Assembly: GCA_965226055.1 (NCBI GenBank)
Contig: CBDDCA010000005.1
Coordinates: forward strand, 576,001-640,000
DNA length: 64,000 nt
From: Spirochaetia bacterium
Lineage (GTDB): Bacteria > Spirochaetota > Spirochaetia > WTKD01 > G963693115
Direction of reading: 5' to 3'
The first letter of the stretch is position 1; each line of letters begins with the position of its first letter. The notes beneath the pieces were generated by a model, which saw only the letters and a program-made list of their open reading frames with translations, searched no databases and had not been told where the DNA came from. The translations under genes and the position numbers were made by a program. This document shows positions 21,372 through 29,972 of the stretch, one piece after another.

Positions 21372-22019
21372 TCAATACAGATTATGTTCTTGTATATAAC
21401 GATACACTGTTGCAGGCAGTAATTTCTTAAGCTCAGACACATGCTCTTTATCTTTTTTATGCAATACCGATCGAATATCAGACGAACTTAGATCACTTAT
21501 AGGAAAGTCTTCTAAAACATGTACAGCATTTTTTTTTATAGTAGGGGGAATATGAAGCTCATACTGTTTACGCGGAATAACTAACAGCGTAACCCACTCT
21601 AGCATTTCCTGTATATGTTTCCATTTATCCAACAAATTAAGAGTATCAGCACCAATAACCAAGTGTAAGGGAATAGCAGGATGATATGTATCTTTTATAT
21701 ACTTTATAGTAACATGGGTATATGAAATAGAATCTTCTGACCTAAGCTCAAAATCATCAATAAGTATGTACGGACAATTATTTACCGCAGTATGAATCAT
21801 AGCAATACGACTATCACTCTCTACTGACATCCTATGACTCTTAAAAGGATTCTGCTTTGTGGGAACAAGAACAACATACTCTACATTACAATGCGCATGT
21901 ACATAATGTGCAATAGCAAGATGGGTAGCATGAAACGGATCAAAGCTCCCTCCAAAAAGAGCTAGAGTACTATGAGCAACAGAGACTACTTGCTTTTTAT
22001 TATCTACTATTCTATACAT
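21372..22019 (-). CDS. nadD: Nicotinate-nucleotide adenylyltransferase
   Basis: LFGGSFDPFH..H, SYT..T, IGAD, LSSSDIR and YIQEHNLY motifs. Confidence 0.92.
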   Translation of the reverse strand: MYRIVDNKKQVVSVAHSTLALFGGSFDPFHATHLAIAHYVHAHCNVEYVVLVPTKQNPFKSHRMSVESDSRIAMIHTAVNNCPYILIDDFELRSEDSISYTHVTIKYIKDTYHPAIPLHLVIGADTLNLLDKWKHIQEMLEWVTLLVIPRKQYELHIPPTIKKNAVHVLEDFPISDLSSSDIRSVLHKKDKEHVSELKKLLPATVYRYIQEHNLY

Positions 22020-22031
22020 TACTACATTCCC

Positions 22032-23195
22032 TTATAGAGAAACATTCTCTACAGTATCTAAACGAAGAAGCTGTTCTTTTAGCTCTTCCATTCCCATAAA
22101 ATGAAGAGCCGATACTCCAAACAATCCATAAAACAAAGAGTTTGAAAATTGATGTACTGAAGATACAGAAGATATCTCCTTATCTGTGGGAGTCATCTCT
22201 TCTCCTTCCTGTTGTCGTATACACTGTTCAAGTTGATAAAGCACCCTTTGATAATCAAAAGAAGCGTTATCATCATGTACACAATCAATTTTATTACACA
22301 CTATTAAAAACGATTTAGTAGCAAAAGACGAGTCATAACACAACACCTCATGCTGTAATATCTTAAAATTACCATACAGCATTTCAACTGCATCCTGTAC
22401 TGTATCTTTACTTGCATCACTGACATTGCTGACAATTTTTTCATGCACAAGAGAAATATCAAGCACATAACAAATGGTAGTTGCTTTTCGTATATGTCGT
22501 AAAAAACTTGTACCTAAGCCATACCCTTTTGCTGCTCCTGATAAAATACCCGGAATATCCACAAGCACTGCTTCGGTATATGCATTACGCAAAGTACCTA
22601 AATTAGGGATAAGCGTAGTAAACGGATAGTTTGCAATTTTAGGATCAGCATTGGTTAACGATTTCAACAATGTTGACTTTCCGACATTTGGTTCTCCTAC
22701 AAAACAAACATCTGCAGAAAGCTCCAGCTCTGCTCGTACACGCAACTCACTTCCGTCCATTCCTGACTGTGCATACTTTGGAGCTTGTCGCACAGAGCTC
22801 TTAAAATGAACATTTCCTTTCCCGCCTTTCCCGCCTTTTAATATACAGTATTCTGTAACACTATTATCAAAGCGTAGCAATTCAGCACCCGATACTGTCT
22901 TGATAACCGTACCAAAAGGAACTTCAATAATTAAATCTTCCCCATCCGCTCCATGTTTTTTTCTTCCTTGTCCTGGATGCCCATTTTTTGCAACATACTG
23001 AGACTTAAAGCGCAGTTTTCTTAATGTTCGTTCATGAGGGGTAGAACAAAAAATAACATCGCCCCCTTTCCCGCCATCTCCACCATCAGGTCCCCCTTTT
23101 GGGACATACTTTTCCCTTCTAAAACTTGCAGCTCCTGCACCACCTTTGCCTGACTTGAGAACAATTTCAATAATATCAATAAAATGAGTACTCAC
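22032..23195 (-). CDS. obgE: GTPase ObgE/CgtA
   Basis: Gly-rich Obg fold (FRREKYVPKGGPDGGDGG), GEPNVGKST, YPFTT, DIPG and NKID. Confidence 0.96.
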   Translation of the reverse strand: MSTHFIDIIEIVLKSGKGGAGAASFRREKYVPKGGPDGGDGGKGGDVIFCSTPHERTLRKLRFKSQYVAKNGHPGQGRKKHGADGEDLIIEVPFGTVIKTVSGAELLRFDNSVTEYCILKGGKGGKGNVHFKSSVRQAPKYAQSGMDGSELRVRAELELSADVCFVGEPNVGKSTLLKSLTNADPKIANYPFTTLIPNLGTLRNAYTEAVLVDIPGILSGAAKGYGLGTSFLRHIRKATTICYVLDISLVHEKIVSNVSDASKDTVQDAVEMLYGNFKILQHEVLCYDSSFATKSFLIVCNKIDCVHDDNASFDYQRVLYQLEQCIRQQEGEEMTPTDKEISSVSSVHQFSNSLFYGLFGVSALHFMGMEELKEQLLRLDTVENVSL

Positions 23196-23256
23196 TAGGT
23201 ACTTTCTGCAAATGCCTTTCTACAAAAAACAGTATGCATATAGCTACAAAGAATAG

Positions 23257-23508
23257 CTATTGAGGCAACACCGAAACAATTTTTTTTCCCATTTTTGTTC
23301 CAAACTGTAACAATCCTTCACATTTAGCATAGAGAGTATCATCACGGCCTTTCCCTACATTTATACCAGGATGAAACCGAGTTCCTCTTTGACGGACAAT
23401 AATTTCACCACCAGCAATTATCTGTCCTCCAAAACGTTTTACTCCCAATCTTTTTGATACCGAATCGCGTCCATTTTTAGTACTTCCGCCACCTTTTTTA
23501 TGTGCCAT
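23257..23508 (-). CDS. rpmA: 50S ribosomal protein L27
   Basis: [23 protein letters not shown]; SD AAGGAG. Confidence 0.98.
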   Translation of the reverse strand: MAHKKGGGSTKNGRDSVSKRLGVKRFGGQIIAGGEIIVRQRGTRFHPGINVGKGRDDTLYAKCEGLLQFGTKMGKKIVSVLPQ

Positions 23509-23565
23509 ATTTACTCCTTATATAATAACAAAACTATTTTTTAATATACATTTATATACATAGTA

Positions 23566-24057
23566 TTATACTACATCTATAGTACATTGTAACGCAGATG
23601 GAGTATTTTGTGCAATAAGCTGTATTCCCACTACAAAACTTTTCATAGCACCAAATACTTCAATATAATGATGAAGAGTATGTAACGATACAGAATGTAT
23701 CATAGCTTGATAATCAACTTTAAATTCAAAATTTCCCTCATGCTCTGCTTTTAAGGAGACTATATCTCGTATATTATGCCCCGCTACTGCAGACAACACT
23801 TTACACAGGATACTCACTGATGCACAGGCTGCTATCAATTCACGTTCCTCATTATTATGAGAGCGAGAAAGATGCTGCATAGCATGTCCCGATACCACAG
23901 CCGAAACAATCATTACAGGTTCTTGTTGTACTAACGATTGAACACAATATTTGTTTTCCTGTGTATCCTTATCATCCAACAATAACTGTGAAACTCTATG
24001 ATAAAAATCATTAAAAAACGAAGTAGATTGAAGTACAGAAATACCTACCTGTATCAT
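23566..24057 (-). CDS. prp: Ribosomal-processing cysteine protease Prp (YsxB/DUF464)-like
   Basis: Lies between rplU and rpmA; SGHA and ACASVS catalytic His/Cys motifs. Confidence 0.65.
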   Translation of the reverse strand: MIQVGISVLQSTSFFNDFYHRVSQLLLDDKDTQENKYCVQSLVQQEPVMIVSAVVSGHAMQHLSRSHNNEERELIAACASVSILCKVLSAVAGHNIRDIVSLKAEHEGNFEFKVDYQAMIHSVSLHTLHHYIEVFGAMKSFVVGIQLIAQNTPSALQCTIDVV

Positions 24058-24172
24058 AATAACGAGACTACAGTAACTGTTGTGCTATAAATGTGTACTA
24101 TAAATAATTTTTGTATTGTAATTTTATATCACTAACAATACATGTGTATTTCTCCAAAAGAAATACACACAT

Positions 24173-24481
24173 TTATGCACTAATTTCTGTAACTTTTAAG
24201 AGAGTATTGGGAACTCTAAATCCCCATGATTTTTTATATTGCTTGCGTCTCTTATAAATGCGAGCAAATTGTTTTTTTCCTCTATTTTGAGCAAAAATTT
24301 CAACTTTCACTTTTGCATCAACATATGGAGTTCCAATTTTAACTTCATTATCCTTGTTATACATCAATACCGAAGAGTACTCCAATGTATCACCAACATT
24401 CCCTTTTATAGACGGTGCCTTCACTATACTATCAGGTTCTACCCGTAACTGAGAACCAGAAATTTCAACTATTGCAAACAT
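24173..24481 (-). CDS. rplU: 50S ribosomal protein L21
   Basis: MFAIVEISGSQ, IGTPYV, KRRKQYKK.WG.R. Confidence 0.95.
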   Translation of the reverse strand: MFAIVEISGSQLRVEPDSIVKAPSIKGNVGDTLEYSSVLMYNKDNEVKIGTPYVDAKVKVEIFAQNRGKKQFARIYKRRKQYKKSWGFRVPNTLLKVTEISA

Positions 24482-24635
24482 AATATCATCCTTGTAAAGA
24501 AAACTGTACTTATATTCTAACTTATATCTTCCCTTTAATATATCTTATTATAAGAAAGATACAATAGTCAAGTGTACAGTACTATTTTCTTCCATTAACA
24601 GTATTTTCACTTTATCTATATCTCTTAAAAGATAT

Positions 24636-24668
24636 AAAAAGCCTATAAACATAGTTTCATTTATAGGC
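24636..24668 (-). terminator. Probable intrinsic terminator
   Basis: Stem gcctataaa/tttataggc followed by a T-run on the minus strand, downstream of ORF 24739..25083. Confidence 0.55.
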
Positions 24669-24689
24669 CTTCCTCCCCCCCCACATAAT

Positions 24690-24722
24690 AAAATACAGGA
24701 AAAATACAGGGAAAATACAGTA
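24690..24722. repeat. 3 x 11-bp tandem repeat (AAAATACAG-GA/GG/TA)
   Basis: aaaatacagga aaaatacaggg aaaatacagta, next to a C8 run. Confidence 0.7.
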
Positions 24723-24738
24723 AAATCAATACCTAGTA

Positions 24739-25083
24739 CTAATTATTGTATTTAATAGCAGTTCCTGTTACTACATATCTTTTTTGAAAGAAAATATACC
24801 AAAAATATGATGTATATCTTTCAGAAACAGCAACATTAATAATGTCATCAGCATTATATTGTTCTTTTAGCGTATCAAGAACATCCAGATCATCTCCCCA
24901 AGAAAATACTCCTAATACTATATTGCTTGAAAATTCTCTTTCAACCTCAGCAAGTACAGTATAATCACTTTTCACAGGATTAGATGTTCCTGGCTGGTAA
25001 TTATTTATTGAAGCACAAGAAAAAAGCAATAATGTAAACAATATTCCAAACGTGCTTACAAATACAGTAGTTATTTTGTTCAT
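24739..25083 (-). CDS. Small lipoprotein (TRL-like/DUF6567-like)
   Basis: Lipobox LLFS-C; 'ADDIINVAV...VTGTAIKY'; strong SD AAGGAG. Confidence 0.65.
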   Translation of the reverse strand: MNKITTVFVSTFGILFTLLLFSCASINNYQPGTSNPVKSDYTVLAEVEREFSSNIVLGVFSWGDDLDVLDTLKEQYNADDIINVAVSERYTSYFWYIFFQKRYVVTGTAIKYNN

Positions 25084-25103
25084 AATAGACTCCTTTTTAT
25101 TCT

Positions 25104-25132
25104 ATTATGGTAGAAACTTACTTTATTGTCAA
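25104..25132 (-). promoter_or_regulatory. Sigma70 promoter TTGACA-17-CATAAT
   Basis: Near-consensus boxes upstream of ORF 24739..25083. Confidence 0.7.
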
Positions 25133-25234
25133 TAAAACTCCAGTTTTTTTATTTTTCTAGTTCTGTTCGGTTAGTAATTAGAATTTCCACTCCCTTTAAT
25201 ACCAGCTTATGCATATTATAGTATAATAAATGTA

Positions 25235-26413
25235 ATGAAAAAATTCTCTATTCCTTTTTCCCCCCCTTCTATTGGGAGGAAAGAGATTGCTGCAGTACAG
25301 AGAGTCATGAAAAATAATTGGCTCACAAGTGGTCCAGAAACAATCGCATTTGAACAAGAATTTGCTACATACATTAGAAATCATCCTGCCGAAACGAACA
25401 AAGCACCACTCCAAGCAAGAGCTGTCATAAACTGTACTGCAGGACTACACTTAGCCTTAATGGCATTACGCGTCCCTCAATCAAAAAAAGTACTTGTTAG
25501 CCCCTATACATTTGTGTCAAGCATCTCTGTTATTCTTATAAGTGGGCTAGAATTTGATTTTTATGATATAGGCAAGACTAGTCTCTATCCTGACATTAAC
25601 GATTTTAAGAAAAAAGCAGAACAATCATACTATGCTGCAGTAATATTTATTCAAATTACAGGATTTGTTACCGAACACTATCAAGAGCTTATTGATATTG
25701 CACGATTTTATAAACTAGCTATTATTGAAGATGCCGCTCATTCTTTTCCTGCCTATAACCAACATGGCTTTCTGGGAACAATGGGAGATATTGGTGTATA
25801 TTCTTTTTATGCAAATAAAACTATTACAACAGGAGAAGGAGGTATGATTGTAAGCAGAGACACAGAACTCATAAACACTATAACATTGCTTCGTAATAAT
25901 GGTATCAATAAGAATCCATGGTACAGAAACAAGAACAATGTAGCATTGTATGATGTTGAAGCGTTAGGATATAAATACAACCTCACAGATATGCAATCAG
26001 CAATCGGAAGAGTACAACTAAAAAAAGCAAAAAAATTACAAAAAAAACGTTTGCTACTAGCCCAAGAATATATACGATTACTAAAAAATAAATCATATAT
26101 CACATTACCAGAGACCTCTTCACAGCCATATGCACATTCTTGGCATATTTTCTGTATACAGTTTGTACACCCTAGTATCACCCGCGATAGCTTTGTACAA
26201 CAACTTTCTAATTATGGCATTCAAACCTCTATTCACTACCGACCTATACACATGATGAGCTATTACAAAAAAAGATATTCTTTTCATGACACAGATTTTC
26301 CTAATGCACTTTCCCGTTTTGCCTCTACACTGAGTTTACCTTTATTTACGGATATGAAGCTAAAAGATGTACAAAAAGTATGTGAAATAATAGAAAAAAT
26401 AGTAGAAAAATAA
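25235..26413 (+). CDS. DegT/DnrJ/EryC1/StrS sugar aminotransferase
   Basis: WLTSGP, NCTAGLHLAL, IIEDAAH, SFYANKTITTGEGGM (PLP Lys), GYKYNL, LSLPLF. Confidence 0.93.
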   Translation: MKKFSIPFSPPSIGRKEIAAVQRVMKNNWLTSGPETIAFEQEFATYIRNHPAETNKAPLQARAVINCTAGLHLALMALRVPQSKKVLVSPYTFVSSISVILISGLEFDFYDIGKTSLYPDINDFKKKAEQSYYAAVIFIQITGFVTEHYQELIDIARFYKLAIIEDAAHSFPAYNQHGFLGTMGDIGVYSFYANKTITTGEGGMIVSRDTELINTITLLRNNGINKNPWYRNKNNVALYDVEALGYKYNLTDMQSAIGRVQLKKAKKLQKKRLLLAQEYIRLLKNKSYITLPETSSQPYAHSWHIFCIQFVHPSITRDSFVQQLSNYGIQTSIHYRPIHMMSYYKKRYSFHDTDFPNALSRFASTLSLPLFTDMKLKDVQKVCEIIEKIVEK

Positions 26414-26418
26414 GTATT

Positions 26419-28137
26419 GTGATTGAAATTCCCTGCCTACAAGAAAGTGAGCAGACAATTTACCTTGCTATTCCTTTAGCTTTGAACACCTCTACAACGA
26501 CAATCAATGAATATCATCAACAGAAAATACAGGTACGTTCAAGTGACTGTCTTATCATTTCTCATAACGAAATGCCTACCACAAAATTTCAATACTATAA
26601 TACTGCTATCCCTCTGTTATATAATGATAGCGAAACTGTTTCTACAACAACGAAAAATAAGCAACATATACCACAGCAGAGCAATAATACACTCATTCCC
26701 TTTACTTCACTCCTCGTAGGACCATCTTATACATGTCACGCATTGATGCAAAATTATTTTCAGTGGGCAATACTGCAACCCTATGTATTTAGCTCTCCTG
26801 CTATCACAAAGATGCACAACAAAAAACATACATACACGCATACAAAACAGAATACTACAAAAAACAAAAATAACACTAGCAAAGTATGGAGAGCAACCTC
26901 TATTCCAAAAATATGGGCACAAGCCACCCTCTCTCATGTAAAAACAACATGTATGCTAGGAGATGCACTGCAAAATGAATTAAGAAACATATTCAGTTAT
27001 CCTATCACGGTCACTCCTGTATCACCATCAAATCATAGTACTCATAATGAAATGCTCGCATGGCTTTTTACTATCTATGCCGTTACCATTGCACGCAAAA
27101 TTTTTAGAACAGTATTATGTGATTCAAGCACTATTGAACATCAGTTTCAGATATGGCAGCTACAGAAAAAAAATGCATTTCATCCATTAAACAAAATTAT
27201 ACATTTTCAAAAAAAAGCCAGTATGTCATATAGCTCGTTATCTCTAAAACAACATACAATAGACAGCTCACTCACACCTACGACAAAAGACAAAATAATA
27301 GCATCTCAAATCAACACAGAACAACAAGTACTCAACACATCAGAGTACCATAAGAGAAAAGTCATATATAATACTATCCAACATCCAGCATACAAAAAGT
27401 ACATAGGGTTCTCTTCTCAACATATTACTACATCACTTACAATAGCACAAAAATATTTTCATCCACATCAAACCATTATAAGTATAGAAAAAACTGATAC
27501 AAACATAACTATCTCAGTCCCTGTATTACCTTGCATACAAACTCAGGCAGATATAAAAAGCCTTGTTGCCCATATCTTCAAGTACACAACAGACACAATA
27601 ATACTTCATACAATACCACTTACTACTAAAGTAAACCCGCTCTACTTACATCTCCACGACTACGATATTATAACTGCCCTTGTATTTCTTATCTGCCAAA
27701 AACTAACAAAAAGCACAAAAGCAACAACAAACCTTACATTACAAGATACTATAAAACTTGCACTCAACAACTCCATTGCCATATGTATAGAGTTAGATAC
27801 CTCACTCTATAGTAAAAAAATAAATATATCTTCAGTCTATGCTGCAATACATACAGGATATGTAATACATGAAAAAAAATTTTTAGGATTAATAGAATAC
27901 AACATAATTGATGCTCTCTATTCTTTACTAGGAGTATCAAGCCTATTTAATAGAGAAAAACTACACTGGCATATAAAATTACTCCATAACAAAGAAAATG
28001 CTAACATATTCAAAATGCATACATCCACCGCTTCATTACCGTACAATTTTCATGCCTTAATACAACAAGCACTAGAAGATGCATTCGAAAAAAATAGTAC
28101 AGTAGCCCTCCGTTTTCCTACATTGGAGCATATATGA
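26419..28137 (+). CDS. Hypothetical; possibly a degenerate xanthine dehydrogenase/CoxL-like large subunit
   Basis: 572-aa ORF coupled to CoxS- and CoxM-like neighbours; C-terminal 'A.QQALE......RFP'. Assignment rests mainly on context. Confidence 0.4.
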   Translation: MIEIPCLQESEQTIYLAIPLALNTSTTTINEYHQQKIQVRSSDCLIISHNEMPTTKFQYYNTAIPLLYNDSETVSTTTKNKQHIPQQSNNTLIPFTSLLVGPSYTCHALMQNYFQWAILQPYVFSSPAITKMHNKKHTYTHTKQNTTKNKNNTSKVWRATSIPKIWAQATLSHVKTTCMLGDALQNELRNIFSYPITVTPVSPSNHSTHNEMLAWLFTIYAVTIARKIFRTVLCDSSTIEHQFQIWQLQKKNAFHPLNKIIHFQKKASMSYSSLSLKQHTIDSSLTPTTKDKIIASQINTEQQVLNTSEYHKRKVIYNTIQHPAYKKYIGFSSQHITTSLTIAQKYFHPHQTIISIEKTDTNITISVPVLPCIQTQADIKSLVAHIFKYTTDTIILHTIPLTTKVNPLYLHLHDYDIITALVFLICQKLTKSTKATTNLTLQDTIKLALNNSIAICIELDTSLYSKKINISSVYAAIHTGYVIHEKKFLGLIEYNIIDALYSLLGVSSLFNREKLHWHIKLLHNKENANIFKMHTSTASLPYNFHALIQQALEDAFEKNSTVALRFPTLEHI

Positions 28138-28670
28138 GCATCACAATAACATTACACATAAACAATATGGAACGCACTATTACTCTGGAAGAAGATATTC
28201 CTCTCGCTGTACTTCTTGCACGACTTATTCCACAACATTACCAACACATAGACACGCCATTATATCCACTTCCTTTATGGGTATTACTAAATTCACAAAA
28301 TATGATTCCAGCAAACAATATCTCAGCATCACGGTTACATCATAAAAGCATTGTCACTTTTCCTTTTGCTTATAACTATAGAGCATTTCGGTATCTCACA
28401 AACATACTATGTACACACGGTATTATTATCAATACTGATACCATAGCCCTATGTACATTTACTCTGTACATATGGTTTGTACAAAAAATCAACAATCCAT
28501 TAGAAAGAGCGTTTACCCTCACACAGTTATATCCTCACCTATTTAAGCAACCACATAGTTTTGCCCATGCTTTTAGACAAATAATAAAAGATAATATATT
28601 GGAATATCCTAATGTATCATCTCCTCATTTTGCACCTACAATAAAGGGAACATACAAAGAATATGAATAA
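28134..28670 (+). CDS. Degenerate CoxS-like (2Fe-2S subunit) protein
   Basis: 'ITLHIN...TI......LAVLLARL' and 'VLLN........SA.RL...SIVT' follow the CoxS pattern, but the Cys ligands are absent. Confidence 0.5.
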   Translation: MSITITLHINNMERTITLEEDIPLAVLLARLIPQHYQHIDTPLYPLPLWVLLNSQNMIPANNISASRLHHKSIVTFPFAYNYRAFRYLTNILCTHGIIINTDTIALCTFTLYIWFVQKINNPLERAFTLTQLYPHLFKQPHSFAHAFRQIIKDNILEYPNVSSPHFAPTIKGTYKEYE

Positions 28671-29484
28671 ACAACATTCTACAATACTATCAATAAAAAA
28701 TATTCATCGCCTTAAATATACTCTTAAAACATTAAAGTATGTAGTCCCTCTCTCGCAATATCCCAGTAACTACTTTAATGCCGAAAAACAAAGCGTATCT
28801 TTTGTTTCTCTCGAAAAAATAAAAGAATTTTATTCGGTAGTAGTATCACATGTTTCTCTTATTTTTGGATTACATACCAGTATACAAAAAATTATCAATA
28901 TTCATTCTCACTATCCATTACCGTACATTATCATTGACAGTATCAAAAAATTTATCCCCTACGAATCATTTCAATCTGTTCGCCTACTTGACATCATCAG
29001 CACTAATCAGCAGCATGTTCTATTACGCCTTGTTCTTTCTCTACTGAAAACAAAAGTCCTTATAGTAAAACACAATACACAGTATTGGATGAATTTTGAA
29101 GAATACATGAAAAATGAAATACATTCATACCAATCTATTCCTTTAAGTCTACGCTTTAATTTAGACATTCATACTCATCATGTTATAACAGTGAGAGATA
29201 TACAAAGCTATAGGGACCCTTCTTTTGCAATCATAGGGATAGTCCAGCTTAATGCCGAAAAAAATAAAATCATTGATGTCTCTGTATACATATACAAAAA
29301 CAAAGAATACTATGATATTTCTCAACAGCTCACTGCATTTAAGCAACGCTCTTATCCACTTAATGTATACGAGCTTCATAGCTCTGCAATGAAACAAACA
29401 CTTTCTCTTCCTTTCTTAAGCAAAATAGAGCATGGATATTTCTTAGAAAGTTTGATCATGCTCTTACATCCTAATATTGTATAA
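28663..29484 (+). CDS. Degenerate CoxM-like (FAD subunit) protein
   Basis: 'VSLEKIKEF', 'IFGLHTSIQKI' and 'LPYII.DSI' parallel CoxM motifs; the AGGT/GGN Gly motifs are missing. Confidence 0.45.
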   Translation: MNKQHSTILSIKNIHRLKYTLKTLKYVVPLSQYPSNYFNAEKQSVSFVSLEKIKEFYSVVVSHVSLIFGLHTSIQKIINIHSHYPLPYIIIDSIKKFIPYESFQSVRLLDIISTNQQHVLLRLVLSLLKTKVLIVKHNTQYWMNFEEYMKNEIHSYQSIPLSLRFNLDIHTHHVITVRDIQSYRDPSFAIIGIVQLNAEKNKIIDVSVYIYKNKEYYDISQQLTAFKQRSYPLNVYELHSSAMKQTLSLPFLSKIEHGYFLESLIMLLHPNIV

Positions 29485-29503
29485 ATGTATGTACTGTTAG
29501 AGT

Positions 29504-29532
29504 TTGACAATTTTAGCATCTTTAACTATAGT
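29504..29532 (+). promoter_or_regulatory. Sigma70 promoter TTGACA-17-TATAGT
   Basis: Near-consensus boxes, 8 nt before ATG 29541. Confidence 0.7.
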
Positions 29533-29540
29533 AAAAATAC

Positions 29541-29972
29541 ATGTATAAGAAAAAAATTTTCTTTATAGTTACTATACCATATGTTTTGCTCATACTCATC
29601 AGCATACTAGGATGTGCCTCTCAAGAAAAAGAAAAAATAAGAAATACAGAATCAACAAGTATTCAGCTTCTTCTTACAAGAAACCTCATGTTTTATCAAA
29701 ATTACAACGCTGCAATAGAAATGTTTACCTATATTAGAGATGAAAACCCTGACAACATTGCTCTTAAAGTAGAAACAGAATATGAAATAGCGTTCTGTTA
29801 TTGGAAAAAAAGAGATTTACAACAATCACAACAAAAATTTGAAGAACTTATTGCTTTTTATGATACAAATGATTTTGAAGAAGAAATTCCTACGTGGCCA
29901 TACTTTCTTAGTAAAAAAATTCTTGCAGACAAAATTCTCCCTGAAATAGACAACACTACCTCATCTCAATAA
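29541..29972 (+). CDS. TPR-like lipoprotein
   Basis: Lipobox ILG-C; helical 'YEIAFCYWKK...S...FEELI' TPR pattern. Confidence 0.6.
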   Translation: MYKKKIFFIVTIPYVLLILISILGCASQEKEKIRNTESTSIQLLLTRNLMFYQNYNAAIEMFTYIRDENPDNIALKVETEYEIAFCYWKKRDLQQSQQKFEELIAFYDTNDFEEEIPTWPYFLSKKILADKILPEIDNTTSSQ

